Positions 15,282 through 26,945 of a stretch of 64,000 nucleotides of DNA are shown one piece after another. Source of the stretch: Eledone cirrhosa (Eukaryota); contig CAXHJY010000604.1 in assembly GCA_964016885.1 (NCBI GenBank), forward strand, positions 1 to 64,000, written 5' to 3'. The position numbers were made by a program, and so were the translations under genes. How positions within the stretch are numbered: the stretch's first letter is position 1; each line of letters starts with the position of its first letter. Below the pieces are notes generated by a model, which saw only the letters and a list, made by a program, of their open reading frames with translations, did not search any database and had not been told where the DNA came from.

Positions 15282-16129
15282 CGCACACATACAGAGGGAG
15301 AGAGAGAGAGATTTTACATATCTCTACATCCACTTTGCATCTTCCCATGCATTGAATACTCCAAAGATTAGTGATCTCCCCGGCCTCAGCACTACAGTTT
15401 CCCTCTCATATATACTATGTTTTTGAATTTGTTTTGCAAGATTTCTTATCTGAAAACGTGTGTTGAAACAGATATTGTTATACTTTGGGAGGGTCATGCT
15501 GCCAATAAATACACACACACCTGTTGGTTTTCACTTCAATTTATAAATTTCTGGTTGGTTCAATAACCGGATGGTTGCTTATATATTGCCAAAGCTCTTT
15601 CATCACACATTCTGTAACCTCAGTGACTAGGCTTTTATTTTGTGTCTCTCCTTTGTTCAGTCCTACATCATCTTCTTTTTGTGTGTTGTATGTTTAGTTT
15701 GCGCATGCATTACATCCGGACGTGTGTGTGTGTGTGTGTGTGTGTTTATTTACTTGTCACTAGTTGGTTGTTTGTTCTACCTGTGTGTGTCTGATTTGGT
15801 TTTTGTGTGTGTCTATATCTTCATTTTGTCCTTAATTACTAGTTATGATGTTGCTATTCCACTCATGTGTTCTGTTTAATTTTGGTTGGAGTTCATTTAT
15901 GTTTGTCGCCTCTGTGATTTATCTGAGCATTGCATCTTTTCTCTGTGTGGATATAATTTTTATCTCTATGTTCTCTAATGTGCCCCTCTGTTCTATTTTG
16001 GCATGTTGGTGGAGTACTGATGAGTTTTCCCCATACCAGAGTTCTCGCCAGTGTTCACTTATCCTTTCTCCTATGCTACGTGCTGTTTCACTTAAAGAAC
16101 ACTGGCAACTACGCTACAAAATTCAAATA

Positions 16130-16612
16130 CATATTTGTATACAGCTATGTTCGAAGCTAAATTCTAATTCTATATTAAGTTGAGCCAACTTATACAGCTT
16201 CATATGAACATAAGATTAATCACCTTATTTACACAGACAAAAAAACTATATATTTTCACCTGTTTTCAAAGTGTGGCAGTTGCAAGAGCAGGAGAGATTG
16301 TCCAGATGAAAGCCAGTTGAGTTTGAAATGCATCAACGATTTTCCCCTTTGCTTCTGCTAACGCCCTCTGGTGATGTCTAGCAGAAGCAAGGGGGACAAC
16401 CTTCTATGCATTTCAAGCTTAACTGGCCTTCGTCAGGATGGTCCTTCCCACCGCTTGCGACCGCTGGACTAGGGGACAGGCGAGAATATATACTTTTCTC
16501 GTCTGTGTAAATGAGGTGATTAATCTCATTTGCATATGAAGCTGCTAAGTTGGCTCAACCTATAATAAAAAAGAAATAGGATTTCGCTTCAAGCATAGCT
16601 TTATACAATATG
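16130..16612. mobile_element. Fold-back / palindromic MITE-like element
   Basis: Arms of about 230 bp are imperfect reverse complements around a centre near 16370 (TTGCTTCTGCTA..TAGCAGAAGCAA; GTTGAGCCAACTTA..TAAGTTGGCTCAAC). Confidence 0.8.
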
Positions 16613-17047
16613 CTTTATACAATATATATTGCATAGCTATGGCTTCCTAAAATCGTATTTCTTTGGAAATACGAAATATTTATACATATTGTATAAAGCT
16701 ATGCTTGAAGCGAAATCCTATTTCTTTTATATATATATATGTGTGTGTGTTATAATTAAGGCCATCATTTGACTCAACTACAATGCAAACAAATCTACAT
16801 CAAACCCATGCTATCCATTAACTCAAGAAAACACATACCATAAACCTACAATCAACCTCACCCATCAGATATACACTGACCATACATAAATTAAATTCAA
16901 ACACATCCTCCAAAACCATATCCAGCCCTCCCAGTAAAACAACAACCAATATGCTTCAATTACTGGAGGCGGTCATCTGCTGTAGCTTGAGTTACATCTA
17001 GACAACTCCTCTAACCATGCTAGTGTAGAAAGATGGATGTTAAATGA

Positions 17048-17091
<44 letters not shown>

Positions 17092-17439
17092 ATATATAGA
17101 AATAAACACAGAGAAGTGTGTTTAGAATTACAAGGGCTGAAAAAACACTTTGGTGCGATGTATATAATCTATGAACAAACGGAAAAAAGTTGAATTAAAA
17201 TGTACTAACCGTTTCAATAACTATTGAACTTCTGGACAAACTACAGGTTTAGTTTGTTTCACTGTAAATGTGTGCCTATAACAGATAATCCTAGGTCAAC
17301 AGGAGTTAGGATTATATTCACAGCACTCCTAGCAATAATTTAGGTAACTAAATATCGCACGAGGTATATATATTGAGAGAAAGTAAAACCTTGTGCGATA
17401 TATATATATATATATCAAAGCATAAACAAATTGAGAGAG

Positions 17440-17947
17440 ACTGAGCAGAGAGATCAAATGCTGTGTGAATCAAATGCTGTGTGCAGGAGAGGTTGCTGAT
17501 GGACATGTGATGTATATGAAGGATGACAGCTGCATAAAAAGGTGCAGAGCATTAGAAGCCGTCCTAGCAATTGACCTCTACAGGGATACCCTAGAGTGAC
17601 TCTGAGACAACGAGACAGATCAAGCCGACCTTACCCAATTGCACCTCCTAAGGCGATGACACAGACCGTGACATCTGGCGTCACGCAGTAATACAGAAGA
17701 CCCAAGTTTCCACGAGTACAAGCCCGAAGCCTAAGCATCTATACAATATGCCCCACCCCTTCCCACTAGAAAGCGAGGCACGCAAAAAGCACCCAGCTGT
17801 AAATGAGGTTGTTAGGAAGGGCATCCAGCTGTAGAAATCAAGTCAAAATCAGTTCCCGTATGAGCAAGGCAAGGTCAGCCGACCGGGCACTGCCCACAAC
17901 AGGACAACCCGTCTAACCCATGCTAGCATGGAACAATGGATGATGAT
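17440..17947 (+). mobile_element. Diverged RTE LINE 3' fragment
   Basis: GHV..MKDDSCIKRCRA remnant, AGGAAGGGCATCCAGCTGTAG block and ACCCATGCTAGCATGGAA..(GAT)n tail. Confidence 0.8.
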
Positions 17948-17959
17948 ATATATATATGA

Positions 17960-18163
17960 TATTTGAAATGTGTGTGTCCCTATAACAATAGTTGCCCACT
18001 TTATATAATAGTTGGGAAATTTGGGTAAAGTATGAAGTACTTCTGGAAATGGAAAAAAGTGGTCAGAGCTGACTCCAGGGTACTTTACCTGATTTTCTCA
18101 ACTATCATATATAGTGATTAACTATTGTTATAGTCATTTACACTGGAAGGCTACATTTCAAAT
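17960..18163. mobile_element. Small palindromic MITE (second copy 59758-59929)
   Basis: ATTTGAAATGT...ACATTTCAAAT termini, internal inverted arms, and TACTTTACCTGATTTTCT shared with the second copy. Confidence 0.65.
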
Positions 18164-18215
18164 TTTTCCAATATTTCTTCAGCCAATTGAGAGTTCATAT
18201 GTATATATGTTATAA

Positions 18216-18247
<32 letters not shown>

Positions 18248-18692
18248 TATGTGTATGTATGTATGTATGTGTGTGTATGTATATTTGTGTGTGTATATGT
18301 GTGTATATATATCATCATCATTTTATGCCCGCTTTTTCCCTGCTTGCATGGGTGGGACAGGAACTGATTCTGGCTTGATTTCTACAGCTGGATGCCCTTC
18401 CTAACACCAACCTCATTTACAGTGAGTGCTGGGTGCTTTTTTCAGTGGCGCCTACACGTCCACTTTACAATGTGGGCTGGGTGTTTTTTTGCCGTGGCAC
18501 CTCCACAACCACTTTGCAGTGGAATGATATGGACCCCAGTCCCTATCATCTCATGTCTACAGCTGAGTAAACTGGAGCAATGTGAAATAAAGTGTCTTGC
18601 TCAAGGAAACAACACATCACCCGGTCTGAGAATTGGACTCACAACCTTTCGATTGCAAGGCCAATGCTCTAACCACTAATTCATGTGCCTCC

Positions 18693-18736
<44 letters not shown>

Positions 18737-18742
18737 ATATTA

Positions 18743-19561
18743 TCTATATATATAAAACTGAGGATGACTGTCTGTGTCTGTGTGTGAGTTTGAATCCCTA
18801 AAACTCGAGAAGCACTCAACCGACTGTTTTCAAACTTTACACATGTAATACTTATGTTTCAGGGAGTGTTCTGAGCAAAAAATTTCAAATTTTCAATGCC
18901 CTAGGGACCGCATTAGGCGATTTAGTGATCTCTCTCTATAATTCTTAGTCATTCTCTTTTTAGATAGATACATACATATAACGTCGCGCCCTTATAATAT
19001 CTGTCTGTATGTCTGACTGTCTGTAATATGTCACTTCCCTGAGGATGTCTGTCTGTGAGTTTGAATCCCTAAAACTCGAGAAGTACCCAACCGATTTTTT
19101 CCAAACTTTACATGTGTATTACTTATGTTTCAGGGAGTGTTATGCACATAAAAAAAATTTTTTGAACTCCTTGGGCCCGCATTAGGTGAAAAACTGCGTA
19201 TTTAAAGCTTTTTAGGGGTTTTTTGAGCAAAGAAAATCCAACATTTTTTATGGCCTAGGTGAAAAACTTCATTTTTTCATCTTTTTAGGGCTTTTTGGAG
19301 GCATTACGTCTAGTCGATTTTCCCGAAATTTCAAGGCATATTATGCACATAAAATAAAAATTAATTTTCTTGATCCTCTAGGTGAAAACCTGCATTTTTC
19401 CTGCTTCATCGAGGAAAATCTTAAAGATTATCTAGCCATCAGAGTATTCGGTTTATTTTATTTACATATTGCCCAGGCATGCAGTTTTTCCATGATTAGG
19501 TCTGTTGGCGGCCCGCGTTCCAAAATACCTTATCCCGTGCAACGCCGGGTATCACTGCTAG
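18743..19561 (+). mobile_element. Non-autonomous Helitron
   Basis: 5' TC(TA)nAAACTGAGG; 3' hairpin CCCGTGCAACGCCGGG followed by CTAG; sits between A and T; near-identical to 31003-31896. Confidence 0.9.
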
Positions 19562-19699
19562 TATATATATTATATATATATGATTGTATATAATGGCATG
19601 CCGACCTCTATAAAATGGAAGCTTTCCTGCAGCTCCACAACCCTCTTTTTTTTACCACCTCCTGCCTTCCGACAAGACTCCTCTCTACCAGCAACAGAT

Positions 19700-20020
19700 T
19701 TCCTCCACTTTACATGAACTCATCACCTCCTCACTTTTACCCACTACAACCACCAACCTTGTCTGCATACCCTGCACCTCTAGCATATACTTCCTCCTCA
19801 AAATCCATAACCCAGACACCCTAGGCCATCCCATTGTCTCTGTGTTGAAAACAGGTGTGGCCATGAGCCTAGAATGGGCCCCAGCTATGCCAAATTATTC
19901 ATCAATTATGCTGAGGCCCAAATATTTTCCCAATATACCAGCCCTAATTCCAAGCTTTACAGACATTATATTGATGACTGCATTAGCACCATGTCACTCA
20001 CCCAGGTACAGCTCAACTCT
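19700..20020 (+). mobile_element. Penelope-like retroelement RT remnant
   Basis: IYFLLKIHNPDTLGHPIVS, then after a deletion GVAM/MGPSYAKLF...YRHYIDDC, typical of PLE RT motifs; frameshifted. Confidence 0.75.
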
Positions 20021-20502
20021 CCTTCTTCTGTTCCTTCTAGAGCTCCTTCTAGCACCTATAACGTCCTCTTTACATCTGCTCTCACTGTTAAACGTTATTT
20101 TGACACCATGTGGAGTAGATGTAAAATTCTTCCTCTGGATGGGTATATAGTATTTTGTGCAGTATGAGATATATATTAAGACCATTTTTACTGATGAGTA
20201 AATCCTGGCCTTTGATACTTTCCCAAAATCGATAGTTGGTTATCGATAATCGATTACTTAGATTGATGGTTTGCTTTGTTCTTTGGATTTATGAAATAGC
20301 CCTTATAATATGCATATTTTCCTACATATTGTTTGCCTGTACCATACTTGAAGATTTAACATCTGGATAATTATATTACATAACTCCATTATCTGCTGTT
20401 TTTTCACCATTCTTTACATATTCATTCCACACAAATATGAATTAACTAACATAAAGTGAAAATTTCCTTATCTTCTCATATATATTTGTATTTATATAAA
20501 CA

Positions 20503-21525
20503 CTAGCAGTCGGACCCGGTATGCACAGGATAGGAAACGTGAAATAGCAACACACATATGCAAAGATTGAGGAATTTAGCTGTGTACTTTTTGAATTCCC
20601 TTATTCTCAGGGAATGATTGTTCTTCTACTGGAAACGTAGAACACCAGCAGGCCGAATCCAGTAGTAGCAGTGTCAGTGGGCTGATTGCGGAAATCCTGT
20701 ATGCGAAACGAGTAAGTAAGTGTTGTGGGGCGATGTATGTCGTAAGTCTGTTCACGAATTACGTCAGGGATGTGGAACACACGTCAGTCTGAAGGAGCGA
20801 CGTAGTCAATTGTGTGAAAACCAAGTAGGGATATTGAGATGACAAAATCAGCGTGGCAACGCAGCTGCAGCAGAAAGGGGTCATAGTGAAATTAGCACAA
20901 ACGCTGGGCGGCACTGGTTGCACTGCGTTTACACAGCAACAAAGGTGCGACAAAAGGGGTCACTCTGGAATTAGCACAACCGCTGTTCAGCGTACTTGCA
21001 CAGGGCGTTCATACTGTGGTGTAGGTGCAACAAAAGGGCTCTTAGTAGAAGTAGCACAGACGTGAGTTTTACGGTGTAAATAACACAGCAACGTACACGG
21101 GGCCCGGATTTGTGCGTGATGAAAGCACGAAGTGTCAACAGAGCCCTGACAAAAATTTTAAGGTCCTCCTCATTTCCTCAATCCCCTGAAAATGGTCCTG
21201 CTTAAAAGTAAGTGTTGTGTCATCTGTTAGATAAACCAAATTTTTAACGAAATATAATACATTACTTACGATGTTTAAGTAGCGTTTATATTGAAATTCT
21301 AATTCGTAAATTTCCTAGAAACCATTAATGGAATCGGACTAACTAATGCAAGGGAACTAACTAATGTGTGCTGCAAATTTCGAGGAAATTGGCCTAATGT
21401 GGGCCCTAGGGCAGAAACAGTTAAAATATAAGTAATGTACGTGTAAAGTTTGAAAAAATCAGTCGGGTACTTCCCGAGTTTTAGGGATTTACGCAAACAG
21501 ACATCCTCTGTTTTATATATATAGA
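20503..21525 (-). mobile_element. Non-autonomous Helitron, same termini family with a different interior
   Basis: Minus strand reads TCTATATATATAAAACAGAGGATGTCTG ... CCTGTGCATACCGGGTCCGACTGCTAG; A/T flanks. Confidence 0.88.
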
Positions 21526-21788
21526 TAATCAAATGACTTTTAAATGATTGGCACTTAAGATCATAAAAATCTATTACAAGAATCTTGTAGTACAACAATT
21601 CTAAGGGTGGTGGTGGGAATTAAAGTAGTTGTGGTATGGAGCAGTGAGAGAGAGTCAAGTGAACACCATAAAACCCAGATCTCCCCATCTTCCCCAAGAT
21701 AGTTTTTATTTTAGATTAGTTTCAGAAATATTTGGGGTCTATGTGAAATGAGCATTTGGACACATTCTTCTATTATGAAGTAATATTT

Positions 21789-21834
21789 ATTACTTCTTGA
21801 CTTTTTGGCTAAGATCAAAGTACAAAGTGTAATA
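21789..21834 (+). pseudogene. U2 snRNA 5' fragment (about nt 1-39), degenerate
   Basis: ATTACTTCTTGACTTTTTGGCTAAGATCAAAGT versus remembered U2 5' end ATCGCTTCTCGGCCTTTTGGCTAAGATCAAAGT: 28/33, all mismatches transitions; then a 7-nt duplication and GTAATA. Confidence 0.75.
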
Positions 21835-21840
21835 ATAATC

Positions 21841-22983
21841 ATAATTGTTTCTACTTTAGGCACAAGGTCAGCAATTGGAAGGGAAGAGGAAAGTCCATTA
21901 AATTGACCCAGTGCATTATTGATGTGTTATCTTATTGACCCCGTGTGGGTGAAAGGCTAAGCTAACCTCAGCGGGATTCAAACTCAAAATGTAAAGGGCT
22001 GTAACTGTATAATAATTGTTTCTACTATTGGCATAAGGCCAGTAATTACCCAGTACATTACTGGTACTTTATTTTATCGACCCCATAAGGATGAAAGGCA
22101 AAGTTGACCTCGGCGGGATTTGAACTCAGAATGGAAAGGGCCGTAACTCTATGCGTCAAAGCATGACATCCGACCCTCTACCGATACTGCCAATCCACCG
22201 TATAATAATAATAATTGTTTCTACTTTTAGCACAAGGCCAGCAATTATCCCAGTGCATTACTGGTGCTTTGTTTCGACCCCATAAGGATGAAAGGCAAAG
22301 TTAACCTCTGCAGGATTTGAACTCAGACCGTAAAGGGCCGTAACTCTATGCTGCAAAGCATGGCGTCCGACCCTCTACCGATACTGCCAATCCACTTGGT
22401 TTCTGATTAGGCACAAAGTGAAAGTTGATTAAATCAACTCCAGTGCATTACTAGTATGTTATTTTACTGCCTCCCGTAAGGATTAAAGGCAAAGCTAATC
22501 TTGGTGGGATTTGCAATCAGAACGTAAAAGGATGTAACTATATAATAATAATGGTTTCTGATTTAGGCATATGGTCAGCAATTTGAAGAGAAAAGGAAAG
22601 TTGATTGAATTGACCCCAGTGCAATTACTGGTGCTTTATTTTATTGGCCGTGTAAAGATGAAAGGCTAAGCTAACCTCGGCGGGATTTGAAATCATGTAA
22701 AGGGACATAACTATTTAATAATAATAATAATAAGCTAACCTTGGTGGGGTTTAAAATCAAAATGTAAAGGGTTGTAACTATGTAATAACAATAAAAATTG
22801 TTTCTACTTTTGGCACAAGGCCAGCAATTACCCAGTGCATTACTGGTACTTTATTTTATCGACCCCGTAAGGATGAAAGGCAAAGTTAACCTTGGTGGGA
22901 TTTGAACTCAGACCATAAAGGACTGTAACTCTATGCTGCAAAGCATGGTGTCCGACTCTCTACTGATACTGCCAATCCACCGC
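21841..22983 (-). mobile_element. Head-to-tail array of about 7 family-1 SINE copies
   Basis: Units start near 21841, 22011, 22211, 22397, 22551, 22732 (partial) and 22795; each has AAAGGC.AAG.T.ACCT.GG.GGGATTTGAACTCAG-like sequence; most are separated by (TAA)n. Confidence 0.92.
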
Positions 22984-24273
22984 ATAATATTGTAATTTAC
23001 CCATTACTGGTCATTAATTATCATTTCTCCATCAAAAGTTGAAGTTTATTGCAGACTACTTGCTAAATTACATACAATTTTTTCATATGGAAACATTGTT
23101 TGCAGTTGCACAAAACCATTGTACTCTACCATTATCATTGATTGGATTTGATAAATGAATATAAACATTTGATAAAAAGGTTCTACCCTTGAAATATTAT
23201 GAAATATAGGGTAAAAACTATTGTTTTTCTTATTTTACTCTCCTCTAGTTTCACCATTGCATTTCCTATTCACATTACACCAGCTCTCTCAATACATTTT
23301 TAATTACATGTCTCACAATGCTTATATAAATTATATCACTAAACGCAACATTATCAGAACTGAAATATAACAAACTATTTTTAATTCTTACTTCTAGTAT
23401 ACATAGATTACACCATGATTGTCAGTGTCAGATTAATATACTAGTAAATATATCTCTAGGTACTTGTGGCTAACAAGTTTTATAACTGAAATCATGGTGG
23501 GGCAGCTGACCTGTTTTCTTCCACCCACCACAAGTAAACACCATGTCTATTGTAATTGTCTTTTTATTATAAACTGTTTTACTGTTCTGTTATTGTTTTA
23601 TGAAATTGTTGATGTTATAAGCTGTGAAACCTATCTGAACACATTAATATTCTCATAATTAACTTGAACTGGGATGGTGGATTGTTAGAGAATCGGTTAG
23701 ATGCTTAGCAGTACTTGTTCTAGCACTTTATTTTATTAAGTTCAAATTCTCCTGAGGTCAACTTTACCTTTCATCCTTCTAGGTTCGATAAAGTACCAGT
23801 CAAGTATTGGGGTCATTATAATCTACTTTCCCTTCCTCCAAATTGCTTAAATTAGAAAACATAATTAACCTGAAAATAGACCTTACATTAAATTCCTAAG
23901 TTTATCCTACCACTGGCATTATGTTGTGTTTTTAAACAGAAAGCATAGCTAAATAGTTAAGAAATTTGTTTGCAATCTCCCATCAGAAGGGGGCAGGATT
24001 TGAACTCAGAACTCACAGAGCCAGATAAGATACTACAAAGCATTATGTCCCAATTTCTAACAGTTTCACCAATCCACCTCACCCACTGAAAAGATGATAG
24101 GCAAAGCTGTTATTGACAGGATTTGAACTCAAGAGTTGGAACAAATACTGAGGTATTTAACTCTTAACACCCCTGAATGATTTAGAAAATACTGAGGTAT
24201 TTAACTCTTAACACCCCTGAATGATTTAGAAAATGTCAAAAGATCTGTTTGTTAATTCAAATGTTTATATATA

Positions 24274-25767
24274 TAATAATAATAATAATAATGAAACTAT
24301 TGTGTACAGTGCTCAGGTGCACTACAACTCATCAAAGGTGCATGTATAGTACATAGAATAATATACAAATGTCAGGGAAATGAATAGTGTATGAGTCATG
24401 ATATACATGTGTGCGTGTGTATAGAGGGGGAATATTAGGTGTAGTGTTGGTGAATCTCGGGAAGCATGGAGGTTTTAAAGTATGCAGTGTCTCTGGCAGC
24501 TAACAACTGATGCAGGTAGTTTGTTCCATGCTTCAACAACTTTGAGTGTGAAAAAATGTTTCCACAAGTCATGGGAGCTGTACTGTTTTCTGACTTTGTT
24601 GGCATGCCCACATGTGTTACACACATGGAAATCAAAACGGTACTCAGGGTTGTTGGCAAGATGGTTAATAATTTTGTGGGAGTTAACCAAGTCAGTTGCC
24701 AGATGTCAGAGCTTCAATGTATCCATGCCCAGGGAAGCAAGGCGTTCAGAGTATGGTAGATGCCTGATGGAGGGTATTAGCTTGGTTGCACGTCTCTGAA
24801 CAGTTTCCAGGAGGTCAATGTTCTGAGCAAGATAGGGGTTCCAGACTGGTGATGCAAATTTTAAGTGTGGCCGCACCATAGCTATATACAGCTTTAAATA
24901 GATAGCTGGAGAGCGGCTGACAAAGGTCTTGCTGAGTGATACTAAGACACCCTCGGCTTTTGACAATTTTAGAGACGTGCTTCGTCCAATGCAAATCGCT
25001 GCTGACATTAATGCCCAGGTCACGTTCACAAGAAGACTTCTTGATATTAGTGTTTTGGAGGGACACTGGGTTTTTACTCCCAAAATGCATGGTGGTACAC
25101 TTGTTCACAGCCAGCTTGAGTTGCCAGTCTGTGATCCATTGTTGCATTGTGTCCAGGTTAGATTCTAGGAAAGATAGTGTTCAAGATCTGTCCTTTTTAT
25201 CTCAAGGTACAGCTTGATGTCATGTGCATATTTCATGTGGCATTCTTTAAGTTGGCATCTATGTCATTAATATATGCCAGAAACAAAAGGAGGCCAAGAA
25301 CAGATCCCTGTGGTACACCAGATGACATCTCATACAGTGAGGAATGCTGTCCTAGAACCTTGACTACCACTCTTCAACTGAGAATGAAGGACTTCAACCA
25401 GTTAAAAAGATCATCCTTCACACCCATTGCAGAGAGTATTGCTAAGTCTTTTGTGTGGCACAGGATTGAAAGCTTTAGCAAAGTCAAGGTCAACAACATC
25501 CACCCATGAGCCGCCATCAGTGATCCGGATGATGTCTTCAAGAAACTCGATAAGTTGATCACAGCAGCTGGAGTTAGGGATAAAACCAAATTGCGAGGGC
25601 CAGATAAGACTGTGAGAGTTACAGAAGTTCCAAAGTGTTTCTCTGACACAGGATTCCATCAGTTTTGCAATGCAGCTAGTAAGACTGACTGAACGATAGT
25701 TCACAGATGATGTGCAGTCACCCTTTTTGAACAGAGGAATGACACTGGCAGTTTTCCACTGAGGGCA
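24274..25767 (-). mobile_element. 5'-truncated CR1-like LINE (RT plus 3'UTR with (TAT)n tail), disabled
   Basis: NYRSVSLTS, QFGFIP, DFAKAF, SGVPQGSVLG, LYIAMVRPHL, VQRRATKLIP and HFFT..VVEAWNKLP motifs, with several frameshifts. Confidence 0.93.
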
Positions 25768-26185
25768 TTAAGAATTAATCTGATACTGTAATGACTTCAC
25801 TAACTCGCTGCAAAAACAAAACCTGTTAGAAAATTTGCTGAAAATTTTTTAGAATGAATAAGTAGAGGAGGTAGTTAGTATAATGAAGGAAGTAACTTAT
25901 GTTGCAGATATCATCATCATCATCATCATATATCAGGTGTTGTTATGACAGATCTAATGACAAAATCAACACAGGTAAATCTTCTTCACTCATTTGGGTG
26001 TATTTTACCTTGATACTAGTGGACCAGTACTATCCTCATACATTGAGTCTGGGATTGGTATGCCACATATACCAGGATTTCTGGATATATGAAAAATAAC
26101 TCTTTCTTTATGGGCCACAAGGGCCGATATATGAAAAAAATAATGCAAACTTGAAAATTTGTGTTTTGATAAATTAATGGTTTGC

Positions 26186-26297
26186 ATAAGTGAGACCCTA
26201 TAGTTTATTTTGATTGCTGTCACAAAGAAGTAATTAAAGGTATAAGTGAGACCCTATAGTTTATTTTGATTGCTGTCACAAAGAAGTAATTAAAGGT
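26186..26297. repeat. Near-perfect direct tandem duplication of about 55 bp
   Basis: ATAAGTGAGACCCTATAGTTTATTTTGATTGCTGTCACAAAGAAGTAATTAAAGG present twice. Confidence 0.9.
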
Positions 26298-26789
26298 AAG
26301 AATGATATTTTAATAATTTCTAGGATATTACATAAATGTTCAGCATGTATAAATAACATAGAGGATTAAATGTATGAGTAACTTTGGAGCAATAATTATT
26401 CTCAGGGATAAATGTAGGAATAGAACCCAGGACCTTGTAATTGTAAAGTTAACTTCTTATTGTAGCAACATCATTGAGATAGGAAATGCACTGTGTGTAT
26501 GTATGTCGGCATCATCCACATCATCACTGTTTAACATCTATTTTCCATGCTTGCATTTGTTAGTTGGGTTGTCACATACTGAAGCTTGACTGGTCAAGTG
26601 ACCATGTTTTGCTCATACACACCATTTTTGGTTTGGTGTCTATGGCTGAATGCCCTTCCTAATGCCTATAAAAATTTACAGATGGAGATATATAAAAATA
26701 TATACACACACGATATATTATGGTTGATTAGATTGAGTTGAAGAGGAGCTCAATATTTTTGACAAATTATAAACATTTGCTGCTATATA

Positions 26790-26945
26790 GGCATAGCTGT
26801 GTGGTTAAGAAGTTGACCTCACAACAATGTGGTTTCAGGTTCTATCCCACTGTATGACATCATAAGTTGGTGTCTTCTACCATCACCTCAGGCTGACCAA
26901 TGCCTTGTGAGTGAAATTTGGTTGACAGAAGGAAGCCCATCTTAC
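26790..26945 (+). mobile_element. tRNA-derived SINE, family 2 (relatives near 30265, 44280 minus, 55285, 60880)
   Basis: GGCAT.GCTGTGTGGTTAAGAAG head and GCCTTGTGAGTGAAATTTGG body shared between copies. Confidence 0.65.

Noticed and set aside
15640-16183. Hydrophobic Cys/Val-rich ORFs
   Set aside because: TG/T-rich low-complexity sequence with no splice-consistent or recognisable protein.
21841-22983. CRISPR-like repeat array
   Set aside because: Units are 140-190-bp SINE copies with no unique spacers; eukaryotic context and no cas genes.
24145-24233. Direct duplication of about 42 bp as a regulatory element
   Set aside because: Simple local duplication overlapping a SINE/MITE junction; nothing suggests function.
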